From an uncultured Barnesiella sp. (GTDB lineage: Bacteria > Bacteroidota > Bacteroidia > Bacteroidales > Muribaculaceae): a DNA stretch of 64,000 bases. Where the stretch lies: NCBI GenBank assembly GCA_964569915.1, contig CAZMUX010000002.1, forward strand, positions 71,695 to 135,694. The letters run 5' to 3'. A program made the position numbers and the translations under genes. This document shows, piece by piece, positions 31,503-40,645 of this stretch. Under the pieces are notes generated by a model. The model saw nothing but the letters and a program-made list of their open reading frames with translations, did no database searches and was not told the DNA's origin. Each line of letters begins with the position of its first letter. The first letter of the stretch is position 1.

Positions 31503-32126
31503 ATGAAAGCCTTAAAAATTTACGGCAACGCCATAAATGACCGATTCATAGAAGAAGCCGTCGATGCCCTCCGCGACGGCAAGCTCATAATCTATCCCAC
31601 CGACACGCTCTATGCCATAGGCTGCGACGCGCTAAACAGCCGTGCCGTGGAAAAAACCTGCCACATTAAGGGCATCAATCCCAAAAAGCAGAACCTTGCC
31701 ATCTGCTGCAGCTCGGTCTCCCAGGCCGCATCCTATGCTAAAATCGACAACCGCGCGTTCGACATTCTGCGACGCGCCCTGCCCGGCCCGTTCACCTTCA
31801 TTCTACCTGCATCACCGTCGCTCCCCAAAGTGTTCAAAGACCGCAAAGAGGTGGGCATAAGGGTTCCCGATGACCCCGTGGCACGCCGTCTGGCCGAAGA
31901 ACTCGGCAATCCGCTGCTCACAACAACCATAGAGCTTGACGGAATCGCGGACGCCGACGACGACCTCGCACAGATAGCCACCATGGAAATAGCCCTGAAA
32001 TATGACTCCGACATTGACCTCTGCATTGACGCCGGAAGCCGCGGCATAGTTCCGTCAACAATCATCGACCTCACCGACTCGTCAAATCCCGTTGTCATCC
32101 GTCAGGGTAAAGGAACAATTGAATAA
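31503..32126 (+). CDS. Sua5/YciO/YrdC family L-threonylcarbamoyladenylate synthase
   Basis: YPTDTLYAIGC, LPGPFTFIL, GIRVPD, PSTIIDL. Confidence 0.9.
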   Translation: MKALKIYGNAINDRFIEEAVDALRDGKLIIYPTDTLYAIGCDALNSRAVEKTCHIKGINPKKQNLAICCSSVSQAASYAKIDNRAFDILRRALPGPFTFILPASPSLPKVFKDRKEVGIRVPDDPVARRLAEELGNPLLTTTIELDGIADADDDLAQIATMEIALKYDSDIDLCIDAGSRGIVPSTIIDLTDSSNPVVIRQGKGTIE

Positions 32127-32367
32127 AAAAATATGTTGTAAAACATATTTTTTGATATAATGCTGATTAGCAACTCGTTAACCCAAAGATTTAACTAAAT
32201 TTCGGGGCGTTCACATTTTTTAAAACAGCTTGATTTTCAATTGGCTTTGTTTTTTTGTAACTTTGAACATCTGAAAGACAGACGCCGACCCGCGGAGCAT
32301 TATCACCATAATTCATCCGGCGAAACGCGAAGTCAAAAGAGCATATCATCATTATAATCAGTCATCT

Positions 32368-32832
32368 ATGAATCAAACTCTTGTCATAATCAAGCCATCA
32401 GGCGTGCAGCGCAACCTCATTGGTCCCATCATTGAGCGTTTCCAGCGTAAGGGTCTTATAATAGCCGGACTGAAAATGATGCAGCTTGATGAAAAATTAT
32501 TGCGCGAGCATTATTCTCATCTGGTTGAGCGCCCCTTCTTCCCCTCCATACTGCGGTCGATGATGGCTTGCCCGGTCATAGTAATGTGTCTTAAGGGCGT
32601 CGACGCTGTGGCCGTGGTAAGAGCTATGACAGGCGTCACCAATTCGCGCAACGCTGCCCCCGGCACCATACGCGGCGACTTCGGAATGAGCGGTCAGGAA
32701 AACATCATCCATGCTTCCGACTCGCCCGAAAACGGCATTATCGAAACCAATCGTTTCTTTAAAGCCGATGAAATCTTTGACTACACACCCGTTGCCATGA
32801 ACTTCACATACTCGGCAGACGAACTTAAATAA
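32368..32832 (+). CDS. ndk: Nucleoside diphosphate kinase
   Basis: TLVIIKP, APGTIRGDF, NIIHASDS. Confidence 0.96.
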   Translation: MNQTLVIIKPSGVQRNLIGPIIERFQRKGLIIAGLKMMQLDEKLLREHYSHLVERPFFPSILRSMMACPVIVMCLKGVDAVAVVRAMTGVTNSRNAAPGTIRGDFGMSGQENIIHASDSPENGIIETNRFFKADEIFDYTPVAMNFTYSADELK

Positions 32833-32872
32833 TTAACCACAAAAGCTTTCTCTCTCTAACCATACCTTAGAA

Positions 32873-33862
32873 ATGCAGCTAAAACCTCTCAGAAAAACAT
32901 TATCACTCATCGCAGCCGCTATCGGACTGACAGCCCTGGCCGACGCACCGGCCTACCGTCTGCCCGATGTTCATACCGACCTCCAAAACGACCTCATTGC
33001 CAATCAGGTTAATATTGGCAACCAGATACACGTCGATGCCACTCAGTCATTCCTCGACAATATTTTCAACGAAGAGGAAGAGCCTGAAGCCGACATTTAC
33101 ACCGAAGGTTGGGACTCGCGCTCAGTCAATCCGTTCAAACCCGAGGACGTGCCCTATTCGCAGGAAATCAATGTGGCCGACTTCTGTATGCCCCACCCCG
33201 GTTATATCACCTCGCCTTACGGCTACCGCAAACGCTTCCGCCGTATGCACAAAGGAGTTGACATCAAAGTCTATGTGGGCGACACCATCCGCGCCGCATT
33301 CGACGGTCGCGTACGCCTGACAAACTATGAACGCCGCGGTTACGGCTACTATGTGATACTGCGCCACACCAACAGCCTGGAGACCGTCTACGGCCACCTC
33401 TCTCGCTTCCTCGTTGAAGAAGGCGACTATGTGAAAGCCGGAACCCCCATTGCACTCGGAGGCAACACAGGCCGCTCCACCGGCCCCCACCTGCATTTCG
33501 AGACCCGCTTCTACGGCTACGCCATCAACCCCGCAGCCATCTTCGACTTCGCCAACCAGACCGTACACACCGACACCTATACATTCACAAAGGACACCTA
33601 TCAGGACGCACGCAACTATGACCCGGCAGCCAACTCACAGTACGCAGCCCATTTCAATCAGACACACCCGCGTCCTGCCGCATCGTCGGTGACATCGCAG
33701 TCAGGCTCCGACCGCCCGGCCACTACCTACCGCGTGAAGAAAGGCGATACCCTCAGCAAAATCGCAGCACGCAACGGCGTAACCGTGCGCCAACTCTGCC
33801 GTCTTAACGACCTCAGAACTTCAAGCAAAATAAAGCCCGGACAACGCCTGAGACTACGCTGA
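32873..33862 (+). CDS. M23 peptidoglycan DD-endopeptidase with C-terminal LysM
   Basis: HKGVD, YGHL, STGPHLHFE; LysM YRVKKGDTLSKIA. Confidence 0.93.
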   Translation: MQLKPLRKTLSLIAAAIGLTALADAPAYRLPDVHTDLQNDLIANQVNIGNQIHVDATQSFLDNIFNEEEEPEADIYTEGWDSRSVNPFKPEDVPYSQEINVADFCMPHPGYITSPYGYRKRFRRMHKGVDIKVYVGDTIRAAFDGRVRLTNYERRGYGYYVILRHTNSLETVYGHLSRFLVEEGDYVKAGTPIALGGNTGRSTGPHLHFETRFYGYAINPAAIFDFANQTVHTDTYTFTKDTYQDARNYDPAANSQYAAHFNQTHPRPAASSVTSQSGSDRPATTYRVKKGDTLSKIAARNGVTVRQLCRLNDLRTSSKIKPGQRLRLR

Positions 33863-33882
33863 TAAAGAAACCCTGTCAAGAA

Positions 33883-33925
33883 AAAATAATCAGGCCGGAG
33901 GCTAAGCTTCCGGCCTGATTATTTT
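33883..33925 (+). terminator. Intrinsic terminator
   Basis: AAAATAATCAGGCCGGA / TCCGGCCTGATTATTTT. Confidence 0.85.
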
Positions 33926-34004
33926 ATAACGTAATACCATCATAAAAAAAATAGAGCAAAGGAACAATAATCAGAAAAAGTTTGTAACTTTGCAACAAGC
34001 AAAC

Positions 34005-34077
34005 GCGGCAGTAGCTCAGTTGGTAGAGCTTCGGCTTCCCAAGCCGAAGGTCGCGGGTTCGAGCCCCGTCTGCCGCT
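34005..34077 (+). tRNA. tRNA-Gly (CCC)
   Basis: Cloverleaf: acceptor GCGGCAG/CTGCCGC, anticodon arm TCGGC-TTCCCAA-GCCGA, TTCGA T-loop; promoter element TAACTTTG at 33985-33992; CCA not encoded. Confidence 0.97.
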
Positions 34078-34084
34078 CAAATCA

Positions 34085-34123
34085 TCAAGGGGCTGTGTCA
34101 AATCTTCTGACACAGCCCCTTGA
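34085..34123. repeat. REP-like hairpin between convergent tRNAs
   Basis: TCAAGGGGCTGTGTCA / TGACACAGCCCCTTGA 16-bp perfect stem. Confidence 0.8.
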
Positions 34124-34128
34124 ATGTG

Positions 34129-34211
34129 TGGGCGAAGATGGATTCGAACCACCGAAGGTATAAACCAGCAGATTTACAGTCTGCCCCATTTGGCCACTCT
34201 GGTATTCGCCC
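34129..34211 (-). tRNA. tRNA-Tyr (GUA)
   Basis: Reverse complement GGGCGAATACCAGAGTGGCCAAATGGGGCAGACTGTAAATCTGC...GGTTCGAATCCATCTTCGCCCA with long variable arm. Confidence 0.97.
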
Positions 34212-34348
34212 GTATTGCCGATGGTTCTACCGCAATAGCCTGTCGGCACAAATAATTGTTGATACAAAGTTAAGCAATCTGCCGGAAAGTCACAAATTTT
34301 CGGGCAAAATTCATCAAAATAAGAGGTAATCCGGCAATCAGACCGCGA

Positions 34349-34840
34349 TTACATATTCTTCACCTTTTCGGCGAAAGCGTGCATAAGTATGGCAGCTTCT
34401 GCGGCCTCGGTGCCTTTGTTGCCGAGCTTGCCACCTGCGCGGTCGAGAGCATCCTGCTCGCAGTCGACGGTCAGCACGCCGAATATCACAGGAATGTCGC
34501 AGTCAGCATTCAGAGCCGTAATGCCCTGCGTCACAGACTGGCATACATAGTCAAAATGGGGTGTGCCGCCACGGATGACGCAGCCGAAAACGATAACGGC
34601 GTCATAGAGCGACGATTCAATGAGTTGCGAGGCTCCGAACGTAAGCTCTACTGCTCCGGGAACTTCAAAAACATCGACATTCTCTGCAGGGACGCCCTGC
34701 GATTTGAAAACTTCAAGAGCGCCGTCGGTAAGCGCCGAGGTGATGTGGCCGTTCCACTGTGCTTTGACGATGGCCACACGAATATCTTTACATTCCGGGA
34801 GCTTCTGACGCGGAGCTGCGCCGGCCAATGATGTTGACAT
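34349..34840 (-). CDS. ribH: 6,7-dimethyl-8-ribityllumazine synthase
   Basis: VPGAVEL, GCVIRGGTPHFDYV, PVIFGVLT, GNKGTEAA. Confidence 0.96.
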   Translation of the reverse strand: MSTSLAGAAPRQKLPECKDIRVAIVKAQWNGHITSALTDGALEVFKSQGVPAENVDVFEVPGAVELTFGASQLIESSLYDAVIVFGCVIRGGTPHFDYVCQSVTQGITALNADCDIPVIFGVLTVDCEQDALDRAGGKLGNKGTEAAEAAILMHAFAEKVKNM

Positions 34841-34843
34841 AAT

Positions 34844-35587
34844 TTACAAGCTGATTAATATATTAATTAATGTGTCGACCACCGTCATCGTACGGTCCGA
34901 CTGTTTAGGAGCATCTCCAAACGACACGGCATGAGCCTCGTCGGGCGTGCCTTCGATGGCCACCATCGATTTGCAGTAGTAGCTCACCTGGTCGCGGTAG
35001 GCCCGCGCCGAATCCGATGTGTCGTAAAGTATGGGCAAGTCCTTGGGCAGGCTCACGAGAAGCGATGTCATTTCGAGATTCTCAAACACCTGCGGCATAA
35101 CCTTCGTGATGCGATTTATGCGCATATCGGCCACCGAGGGCACATAGACCATTGTCGCTCCGGATTCCGAAGCGTAACTGAGAAAAGAGAGCAGAGGCTT
35201 GCGGATGCGCGGGTCAAGTGAGTAATAACCTCCGAACAGCACGACATCCTCAGCTTCTATTCTCGGCCATGCTATGTCGAATCCGTCATGCTGAGGCCAG
35301 CAGTCGTAGCGCTGCAGGCGGTTGCCGAGCATAACCCTTACGGGCGACTGTCCACAGTCAAAATGGTCGCAGTCGGAAATGTCGACACCGGCGTCCGTGA
35401 GTTCGCCTGCAATAAGGCGTCCTATCGGGTCAAGCCCGAGTTCGGAAAGAAAACTGACGGAATAGCCTGCCCGCGAGAGTCGGCAGGCTATCTTAAGAAA
35501 GATGCCTCCCGGAGTGGCGTTGGCCGACATATCAGACTGAAGAATCACATCGAGGGTGGACTCTCCCAGTATATAATATTTTCTCAT
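34844..35587 (-). CDS. PfkB-family carbohydrate kinase-like protein, C-terminally shortened
   Basis: N-terminal GES.LD, PGG, SELGLDPIG PfkB motifs; ends at VVDT without GAGD. Confidence 0.7.
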   Translation of the reverse strand: MRKYYILGESTLDVILQSDMSANATPGGIFLKIACRLSRAGYSVSFLSELGLDPIGRLIAGELTDAGVDISDCDHFDCGQSPVRVMLGNRLQRYDCWPQHDGFDIAWPRIEAEDVVLFGGYYSLDPRIRKPLLSFLSYASESGATMVYVPSVADMRINRITKVMPQVFENLEMTSLLVSLPKDLPILYDTSDSARAYRDQVSYYCKSMVAIEGTPDEAHAVSFGDAPKQSDRTMTVVDTLINILISL

Positions 35588-35593
35588 ACTAAA

Positions 35594-36205
35594 TTATTTT
35601 ACTTCTTCACGTGACAGATGCCCGAGATAGCCTCCATGGTGGCGTTTGGCATAGTCGGCGCGTGTGAAGCTCGTGAGCCGCATGACATTCACCACCAGCA
35701 CATCGCCTATCACGGTCATCATGGTGGTGGAAGTGGTGGGCGTCAGTCCGAGCGGACAGACCTCAGGCGCGCCTCCCGTAAGTAGCGTGACGTTGGCATC
35801 GGCCGCGAGCGGACTCTCGGGATTGCCCGTTATGACTATAAACGGCAACTGCGGGTAGAGGTTGCGTGCAAGCTCCACAAGCTGTATGATTTCGCGTGTC
35901 TTGCCTGAATTGGAGATGAGAAGCATCACATCGTCAGCTTGAATTATGCCAAGGTCGCCGTGCTGCGCCTCTGAGGGATGGAGATTAACAGAGGGGGTGC
36001 CGGTCGACGAAAAAGTTGTGGCGATGTTCATCGCTATCTGGCCTGCTTTTCCCATTCCGGAGGTCACGAGCTTACCCTTGCGGCGATGAACGTGTTCTAT
36101 AATCAGCTCTACCGCTTTTTCATAATCATCGGTTACCGGTATCGCAAGCACTGCCTCGGCCTCAGCCTTGAGGATTTGACGCATCGACTCTTTTATTGAG
36201 TTCAT
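35594..36205 (-). CDS. SIS-domain arabinose-5-phosphate isomerase (KpsF/GutQ-like, no CBS domains)
   Basis: SGMGKAG, HPSEAQHGDLG, ISNSGKT, CPLGLTPTTST, HHGGYLG. Confidence 0.9.
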   Translation of the reverse strand: MNSIKESMRQILKAEAEAVLAIPVTDDYEKAVELIIEHVHRRKGKLVTSGMGKAGQIAMNIATTFSSTGTPSVNLHPSEAQHGDLGIIQADDVMLLISNSGKTREIIQLVELARNLYPQLPFIVITGNPESPLAADANVTLLTGGAPEVCPLGLTPTTSTTMMTVIGDVLVVNVMRLTSFTRADYAKRHHGGYLGHLSREEVK

Positions 36206-36247
36206 AGACTGTTCTGAACTTTATTGAATGATAAATTATATGCAAAT

Positions 36248-36733
36248 TTAATAATTCTTTCTCAGATTACGTCCTTCAAAGGCCTCTATCTGCGACACAA
36301 GCTCTTCTGGCAGAGTGGTGCCGGAAGCAGTGCGCGGGTCGAAGCCGGCCAGAACGGTGCGTCCTATGCATTTGACATCGCCTGTCGACGGATTGACTAT
36401 GCGCTGCTCCATGCGCAGGCTGTGGGTGGATACCGAGCTTACCCGCGTAATAACGCTCAGTGGCTCGTTGAAATAGGCAGGAGAGAAAAAGTCGCAGTTG
36501 ATATTGACAATGGCGAGCGATAGGCCGCCAAGCTCCACGCGCTGACCGGTGGAACGGATGAAATAATCTGCCTTGCCGAGGTCCATGAACTGCATATAGA
36601 CGCTGTTGTTGATATGGCCGAGAATGTCAATGTCGCTGAAACGCGCCTGAAGTTTCAGCTCATGAAAGAAAGCGTGGTCTGTAGCCGGAACCTTAGGGTT
36701 AGGGCAGTCGGGAAATTGCAAAGGTTGTTTCAT
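36248..36733 (-). CDS. Acyl-CoA thioesterase (4HBT family)
   Basis: RFSDIDILGHINNSVY hotdog motif. Confidence 0.9.
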   Translation of the reverse strand: MKQPLQFPDCPNPKVPATDHAFFHELKLQARFSDIDILGHINNSVYMQFMDLGKADYFIRSTGQRVELGGLSLAIVNINCDFFSPAYFNEPLSVITRVSSVSTHSLRMEQRIVNPSTGDVKCIGRTVLAGFDPRTASGTTLPEELVSQIEAFEGRNLRKNY

Positions 36734-36736
36734 AAA

Positions 36737-37030
36737 TCAGTGGATTTCAACATCTTTAATAACTTCACTACCGAGGCGTTGGTTGATGGCCTCAACGATG
36801 CGCCGGCGCATGAACATAAGCTCGTTTTTTAGCGGGCCCGAGGTGAGATAAACGTGCATTACGCCGTCGGGAGTCACATAGCGGCGCGCCGTGTAGCGAT
36901 TGACTCCGCTCCCCACCACTTCCGGCCACATATAAGAGGCTCGCTGACGCATGGCCTGCGGGCCGCAGTCGCCGCTCTGAAGCACGTTTTCTATTATCTG
37001 TCCTATAAGCAGTGGCTCTGTGCGTTTCAT
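36737..37030 (-). CDS. DUF721 / DciA family protein
   Basis: WPEVVG, LKNELMFMRRRIVEAINQRLG; directly downstream of recF. Confidence 0.85.
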   Translation of the reverse strand: MKRTEPLLIGQIIENVLQSGDCGPQAMRQRASYMWPEVVGSGVNRYTARRYVTPDGVMHVYLTSGPLKNELMFMRRRIVEAINQRLGSEVIKDVEIH

Positions 37031-37032
37031 GT

Positions 37033-38130
37033 TCAGTGGAGAGTAAATGTGCCGTTTTCAACGCTCCACAGGCTGTGGCTGTCGTTGCGCTGGTTCATTA
37101 TGTAGTCAAGATGGTCGCGGTTGGTGTCGGTGATAAATATCTGCCCGAATGAATCGTTGCTCACGATATCTACGATGTTGGCCACACGGTCGGCGTCAAG
37201 TTTATCGAAAATGTCGTCGAGCAACAGCAGAGGGGGCATTCCGATGGAGTCGCGCAGGTGGCCGTACTGGGCCAGGCGCATCGCAATGGTAAATGTCTTC
37301 GACTGACCCTGCGAGGCAGTGGTGCGCACCGGCAGACCGTTGAGCGTGAGCACGAGGTCGTCGCGGTGAGGGCCGGTTGAGGTATAGCCCAGAATCAGGT
37401 CACGCCTGCGGTTGCGCTCCAGAAGTTCGGCCAGAGGAGCGCGGTCGCGCAGAATCTGCGAGGCCAGTTCCATGTGCGGTTCCTCCTGTGTGCGGGCTAT
37501 CTCCCGGTAATATTGTCCGAACGATTCGGAGAACGAGCTAATAAGGGCCGTGCGAGCCGAGGTGATGGTTTCGGCCGCATCGCTCATGCGCATTTCCAAC
37601 ACCTCGTAAAGTCCGGCATTGTCGGCCTGGTCTCGCAGCAGTCGGTTGCGCTGCTGAAGCAGTTCGCCGTAAGTAATCAGCGCCTCAAGATAGAGCGGAC
37701 TATCCTGCGAAATTATCATATCGAGAAAACGGCGGCGGTCCTCAGGGGCTCCGCTGACTATATCCATATCGCGTGGCGACACCATCACAAGCGGAAACAA
37801 GCCAATATGCTCGCGTATGCGCTGATACTCCTTACTCTGCCTCTTGAACGATTTTCGCCGCCCGGGAACGATGCCGAGGCTGAGCTGCTCCGATTGTCCG
37901 CGGCGCACATAGTCGGCGCGCACGGTGGTGAACGTTTCTCCATGGCGTATGAGCTGCGAGTCGGTCATACCTGAGAAACTGCGGCAGAAACTCATGTAGT
38001 ATATGGCATCCAGGAGGTTGCTCTTGCCCATTCCGTTGCGTCCGAGGAAAGCGTTGAGATTGGGGCTGAACGAAAGCGACGCCGACGGGATGTTCTTGAA
38101 GTTGGTGATTTCTATATGCCCGAGTATCAT
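37033..38130 (-). CDS. recF: DNA replication/repair protein RecF
   Basis: NFKN, GRNGMGKSNLLDAIY, GPHRDDL, SQGQSK, LLLDDIFDKLD; start set at MILGH. Confidence 0.95.
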   Translation of the reverse strand: MILGHIEITNFKNIPSASLSFSPNLNAFLGRNGMGKSNLLDAIYYMSFCRSFSGMTDSQLIRHGETFTTVRADYVRRGQSEQLSLGIVPGRRKSFKRQSKEYQRIREHIGLFPLVMVSPRDMDIVSGAPEDRRRFLDMIISQDSPLYLEALITYGELLQQRNRLLRDQADNAGLYEVLEMRMSDAAETITSARTALISSFSESFGQYYREIARTQEEPHMELASQILRDRAPLAELLERNRRRDLILGYTSTGPHRDDLVLTLNGLPVRTTASQGQSKTFTIAMRLAQYGHLRDSIGMPPLLLLDDIFDKLDADRVANIVDIVSNDSFGQIFITDTNRDHLDYIMNQRNDSHSLWSVENGTFTLH

Positions 38131-39581
38131 AATTTTTGGAGAGTCTTTGTGAAATTTATGCATTCAGGCATCTCCCATGCGTAATGGCTCACGAAAATCA
38201 GGGTCATGGGGTACTGGCCGGGATACGCGTCGGAACGTGCCGCGAAGTAATTGATGAGCGCGCGCACCGCTTTTGCACGAGCATAGTCAAGACCGTGCAG
38301 AGGCTCGTCGAGAATGAGCAGGCGGGGCTGCTTGATGAATGTGCGCGCCAGGAGCACCATCTGCCGCTCGCCCGAGGAAAGCGTCGTGAAACGTCTGTCG
38401 GCCAGATGTTCGAGATGCAGAATGTTCAGCCACTGAGCTGCCAGCGCCCTTTGAGCGTCCGACAGGCGCGCGAACTGGCCCGTGGTGTCGTTCAGACCTT
38501 GCGCCACTATCGTGAGCACATTGGGCGCGGTATTGAAATAGAGCGTCATTTCAGGCGATATATACCCTATGCGGCGTTTTATTTCCCAAATGGATTCTCC
38601 GGAGCCGCGCTGCCGATCGAAAAGAGTGATATCGTTTGAGTAAGCCTTCGGATTGTCGGCCGTGATTAGGCTCAGCAGCGTTGACTTGCCGGAGCCGTTG
38701 GGGCCGGAAAGCGCCCACCGCTGACAGTCGCGAATCTCCCAGTCGAGCTCCGAGATAACCTTGCGCGAGCCATAGCTGACATTGCACGCCTTCATGCTGA
38801 CCACGACATCGACAGGCGCGCAATCCTTCCCGGATGGCGCAGGCACCGACGACACGTCGACAGCGAAATCAAAAAGATAGAAAAGCGAGCGGCGAAGCTC
38901 TCTGACTGACGAGAACGACGTGACAGGTTCTCCGATTTTCATATTCGATATCGGCACTACCGAATCTATGCAATCAGGCACATCATCCGGATTGGCCACA
39001 AGAAGCACCACGGTGATTCCGTCTTTGCGCAACGCAGCTATTGCCTCATTGAGCAGTGCACGCGAGGGTGCGTCGAGACCGATGTAGGGATTGTCAAGTA
39101 TGAGAACGTCTGTTTCTTCAGACAATGCGTTGATTATAAGCGTCTTCCTGAGTTCTCCCGACGACAGAAAATTGATTTTGCGTGATTCTACCAAACCCAG
39201 GTTGAACAACCGCGAAAAACGCTGCCAGCGCTCTGTTGATATTTTTTCGCCGAAGACTTCCGCCACCGTTGGCACCTCATCGTTCATCGACGACTCATAG
39301 CGCTGCTGATAGTATTCCACCGATGCTCCGGCAAGCGAATGGATGTCGGAAAACTCAATCTTTCTGACCGCCGGTTTTTCAAGATTCGACGAGAGACGGT
39401 TGGTGCGGAAATTCCACCCTTTTTCAAGAATATTGCCGAGCGTTGACTTTCCGGAGCCGTTGGCACCGATTACAGCGGTCACACCCGGTCCTATCACAGC
39501 CTTACTCGGATTGTCGAGCTCGGTTCCCTGATAATAGAGTTTATCGCTAAGTAGTTCTATATACGGATTATTCTTAACCAT
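38127..39581 (-). CDS. ModF-like ABC ATPase with two nucleotide-binding domains
   Basis: Two Walker A motifs (GANGSGKS, GPNGSGKS), LSSGE, GSGESIWEIKRRIG. Confidence 0.88.
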   Translation of the reverse strand: MVKNNPYIELLSDKLYYQGTELDNPSKAVIGPGVTAVIGANGSGKSTLGNILEKGWNFRTNRLSSNLEKPAVRKIEFSDIHSLAGASVEYYQQRYESSMNDEVPTVAEVFGEKISTERWQRFSRLFNLGLVESRKINFLSSGELRKTLIINALSEETDVLILDNPYIGLDAPSRALLNEAIAALRKDGITVVLLVANPDDVPDCIDSVVPISNMKIGEPVTSFSSVRELRRSLFYLFDFAVDVSSVPAPSGKDCAPVDVVVSMKACNVSYGSRKVISELDWEIRDCQRWALSGPNGSGKSTLLSLITADNPKAYSNDITLFDRQRGSGESIWEIKRRIGYISPEMTLYFNTAPNVLTIVAQGLNDTTGQFARLSDAQRALAAQWLNILHLEHLADRRFTTLSSGERQMVLLARTFIKQPRLLILDEPLHGLDYARAKAVRALINYFAARSDAYPGQYPMTLIFVSHYAWEMPECINFTKTLQKL

Positions 39582-39586
39582 TACAT

Positions 39587-40474
39587 TTAGATTTTATCGG
39601 GAATACCGACCAATGAGACCGCCATTGCGAAAAGCACCGCAAAAAGGAGCATATTCATTGACGTAAGCCCGAGAAGCGGATTAAGGGCCGAGCCGGTGCG
39701 GCGCGTCATCATGCGCCATATCAGAGAATGCAATACAAGATAAATCACAGGCACGGCAAACGTCCATACCGGCAGAAGCATGAAAAGCGGAACGAGCATG
39801 GCAATAGCCATGAATCCGTCAAGCAGATAGAGCGTCAGCGACATCCCGGGGCCGAACTTGGTTGTCAGCGTATGCTTCCCGACGGCATAATCATCGGCAT
39901 AATCGCGGTAATTGTTAATAATCAGCACATTGGCACCCATCAGGCCGAGACTGAAGCCTCCTATCCACACTATTGACGGCACCTGGCTGCACATGACATA
40001 GAATGTGCCGGCCACCGGCACAAGACCGAAGAACACCACGACAGCCACTTCGCCGAGGCAATGATGAGACAGCGGATAAGGGCCGGCAGAATAGAAAAAC
40101 ACTCCGGCGGCGACGAACAGTCCCACAGCAATCAGGCCCCAACCGCCGTAGGGTATGAGCAGACAGCCTACGGCACAGGCCAGCGCGAGCGTGGCTATCG
40201 TGGCCGTGAGCATCGCACGCGGCGAGATGTCACCTTCAGTGACACCGCGCCGCGGCCCCTCGCGCCCCGGCTTATCAAGGCCGCCCCGGTAATCGAAATA
40301 TTCATTAGCAAAATTGGAGGCAATCTGAGCCAACACCGCAAACACCAAACAGATAACAGCCGGCACCGTCTTAAAGACGCCGGCAAGCGAGGCAAAGGCA
40401 GCCCCCGTGAGTACTCCGGCCACTGCCACCGGAAGTGTGCGCAGGCGCATGGCCTCTATCCATGGATTCGTCAT
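39587..40474 (-). CDS. menA: 1,4-dihydroxy-2-naphthoate octaprenyltransferase
   Basis: RLRTLP, NFANEYFD, NNYRD..DD...GKHTL; UbiA-family TM pattern. Confidence 0.92.
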   Translation of the reverse strand: MTNPWIEAMRLRTLPVAVAGVLTGAAFASLAGVFKTVPAVICLVFAVLAQIASNFANEYFDYRGGLDKPGREGPRRGVTEGDISPRAMLTATIATLALACAVGCLLIPYGGWGLIAVGLFVAAGVFFYSAGPYPLSHHCLGEVAVVVFFGLVPVAGTFYVMCSQVPSIVWIGGFSLGLMGANVLIINNYRDYADDYAVGKHTLTTKFGPGMSLTLYLLDGFMAIAMLVPLFMLLPVWTFAVPVIYLVLHSLIWRMMTRRTGSALNPLLGLTSMNMLLFAVLFAMAVSLVGIPDKI

Positions 40475-40525
40475 AATTCAATCGTTTGTGTACATCCGCA
40501 AAGTTACTAATTTTCTTTAATACTG

Positions 40526-40617
40526 ACTAAGAGCCGCTTCGACAAAAAGAGCCTGAAAGCAATTTTTGACAAATGGCTGAAATTGTTCGACAAAATGAAT
40601 GGAATTTGCTATTTTTG
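40526..40617 (+). promoter_or_regulatory. GH31 promoter region with TT(C/T)GACAAA direct repeats
   Basis: Repeats at 40538, 40565, 40586; -7 element TATTTTTG at 40610-40617. Confidence 0.5.
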
Positions 40618-40645
40618 CGAAGAATTATTAACGCAACCACATATC

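Noticed and set aside
32270-32367. ~100-nt ndk leader with a possible CGCCG/CGGCG stem
   Set aside because: Only a short pairing; no terminator or recognisable riboswitch motif
33960-34340. tRNA pair as a possible integration site
   Set aside because: No integrase, no duplicated tRNA 3' end and no island-like gene content nearby
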